The notes below the pieces were generated by a model. The model saw nothing but the letters and a program-made list of their open reading frames with translations. It was not told where the DNA came from and did no database searches. Below, piece by piece: positions 61,561-64,000 of a stretch of DNA of 64,000 bases. Within the stretch, counting starts at the first letter, position 1. Each line of letters opens with the position of its first letter. The stretch covers positions 39,848,775 to 39,912,774 of the forward strand of contig NC_068984.1 in the NCBI RefSeq assembly GCF_001194135.2, in the 5' to 3' direction. Source of the DNA: Octopus bimaculoides. Taxonomy: Eukaryota. The translations under genes were made by a program, and so were the position numbers.

Positions 61561-64000
61561 AATAATGCAAGGAAATGTATTGTGGCCAGTGGTGTATAAC
61601 AATTTTCATTAGTCCAGTTGATACAGTGTTGATACGCACACATTTGGCTAAGATGCCATTGACCTCAGAATCTTTACTTTTTACACATAAATCTAACAGT
61701 GACATCATGCATAAGAATGTTGAAACTGTTAAAAATTAATTAGAGAATTATAGTGATAAAACTATCTCATAAAGCATGAAAACAATGATTTTCATTGCCC
61801 ATGAAATTCAAAGTATTAAATTCATCCAATCTAGTTCATACAAAATAGTTATCAAAAGTTTAATTTAGAAGAAAACTTAAAACCTAAAATATGAATAAAA
61901 CTAAAACTTTAGTATTAAAAAAATATTTTAAAATTATACATCAACATTAAAAAAAACTTATTAAAAAGCAATGATAAAACATATGTATCTGTTTTAGTAA
62001 TCTTTTTTATATATGTATATGTGTGTATACATTCAAAACAAAAAAAATATTAGTATATAATTCTGATAAAATTTCAATTAAGTTGATATAAAAACTATAA
62101 GTAGTAATATCAATTCTTTTTAATTAAAATTTTTTTTTTTTTTTTAAACTAACTTTATTTGAATGCGATCTACTTGCTTTTCATCAACAGAGAATCAGTA
62201 GCAGAAGCTGTGTGAAATAGAATTTTAGTTTTTAATTAGAAAATTATTTAATAGTTACATGAAAACCCATAATTATATCTTGAGGTTTAGACGATGCTAA
62301 ATATTGGACTACTAATTTTAGAGCTAATACAATACTATGTGGTATTGCATCTGGAAAAAAATTAGTAAACATAGGTTTTAAATCTAAACTATAGAGAGCT
62401 TTTTGATACAACAACAACAACAGTTAACTGGTTTATTTCAAAATGCTTTGAAAAGTGCCCAATGACTAACTATTTACATGGATTTTCTATAGTGATTTAG
62501 CCGACAAAAACTAACTACAACTTTCTAAGGTATTATCTCATTTATTAAAGGAATTACAAATTCACCGATATTCATGACTGCATTTATTTTAGAATCTTAA
62601 TTTAAATTTCAAAATTGTAGCTGACAAAAATCGTGATGAACTTTTCTTTACCAATTAGTAAATACAATGAACAAACGTCTTTAGAATAATGTAAGAGAAT
62701 ATACTGTCAGGCTCAAATATATATCTTTTTTTTTGTTGTTTTTTTTTTATGGTGATGGAGAATACAACCAACATAAATTTACAAGGTTAAAACAGTCTCA
62801 AATTCAAATTTACTATATGAAAAAAATTAAAATTCCCATTTTTACAAGACGCAAAATGGTATGTATCTGAGTTAACTTGTTTATGATTTCAAAATTAGTC
62901 AACAGACTAATTAACAATTAAGTTACTAACAGGATTGTAAAGATGTAATGTACATTCACTAATGCCAACGAATAATTTGAAAACTAAATTGTATCCTCAA
63001 TCAAAAATGCACGCGCATGCACACGCACACACGGAGCAACCCTTAAAATATACCAAATAAAATATTGCAAACAATATCTTAAACTGAAAATATTCAGACT
63101 GAAAGAAAACATCATTTATGAAATAATGCTGAGATCAGAATATATAATGGTACATATTTTAAACATTATTCATTCTTATTTTAATAAGATGAACACCATA
63201 ATTTCAGAAGAGATCAGCATATATCAAAGTTTCATTAAAGTAGTTCTTTTTATTTCCATAACTTTATAACCTAATAACTTAAACCATCTTCTTAAAAGGA
63301 TACTATGATGGGAACGAAAGACTCTTATTACCTCAATAATACTTGGCTTTAATTTATAAAGGAATTAAAATTTCCCTTTATCTTAATATCATTAAAATAA
63401 TAACCATTATAATCAAATAATAGCAGCGAAAGAGTTTAAAAATTGATATAATATAATGACCAAAGATGGAAAATATGGGGCATAAAATTAGGAACAACAA
63501 AACCATAAAGAAGGCTGAAACAATCCCTCAGGAAAACCATAAAAACTGACATGCTTTGATATTTATAAAATTAAGTAGAATATCTGAGATAAACAAAAGC
63601 AAAATATATATGGATTAGTCTTGAAAAGTAAATATAAAACATTGCTCTAGATAATAAATTATATTTCAGTTACAGTTGGACTGTTTCACTTCACTTTTAC
63701 CTGAATTTTCTAACTTCTCTTAAAAATAAACATCTTGAAATTATAACCATGTGTGAGTGTGGTGTGTGTCTATGTATATATAATTTCTACAAGGAAAAGG
63801 TTGACAGTAACTTCAAAGTTTTAGTTTGCTTACCCTGATTACAGTGGGCAAGCTGAAACATCGAAGTTACTACCTTGTAAAAAAATCAATAAACATGAAT
63901 CTACTAAAGTGTACTGAGTAAGCCTTCAGTTTAATGTTAAATTGTTTTTGTATAACTTGACATAAAAAATAAAAATTAATATATAACTTTAAAAAAACAG

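Overview
AT-rich, repeat-dense animal genomic DNA. The SINE and RTE repeat families resemble those I know from Octopus, so a coleoid cephalopod is likely (inference, not proven). Two spliced protein-coding genes on the minus strand can be fully reconstructed by hand. (1) VPS4, the ESCRT-III disassembly AAA+ ATPase: 12 coding exons, 38676 to 8263, 1365 nt = 454 aa + stop, all GT-AG introns with consistent phases. (2) CMC2, a twin-CX9C COX assembly factor: 3 coding exons, 52973 to 45826, 67 aa. The rest is mobile DNA: about 20 3'-end copies of one RTE LINE family, one of which keeps a truncated RT and a TSD; several tRNA-derived SINE families; Penelope-like (GIY-YIG) retroelements; a Tx1/L1-type fragment; three mariner remnants; a solo LTR with a 4-bp TSD; a GG-terminated non-autonomous DNA transposon with an 8-bp TSD; and several fold-back elements. 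The most unusual observation is a minimal type-I hammerhead ribozyme motif in the loop of a 121-bp near-perfect inverted repeat, in sense orientation inside VPS4 intron 4. There are four N gaps, one flanked by a probable false duplication. No database searches or folding programs were run; comparisons with human exon sizes are from memory.
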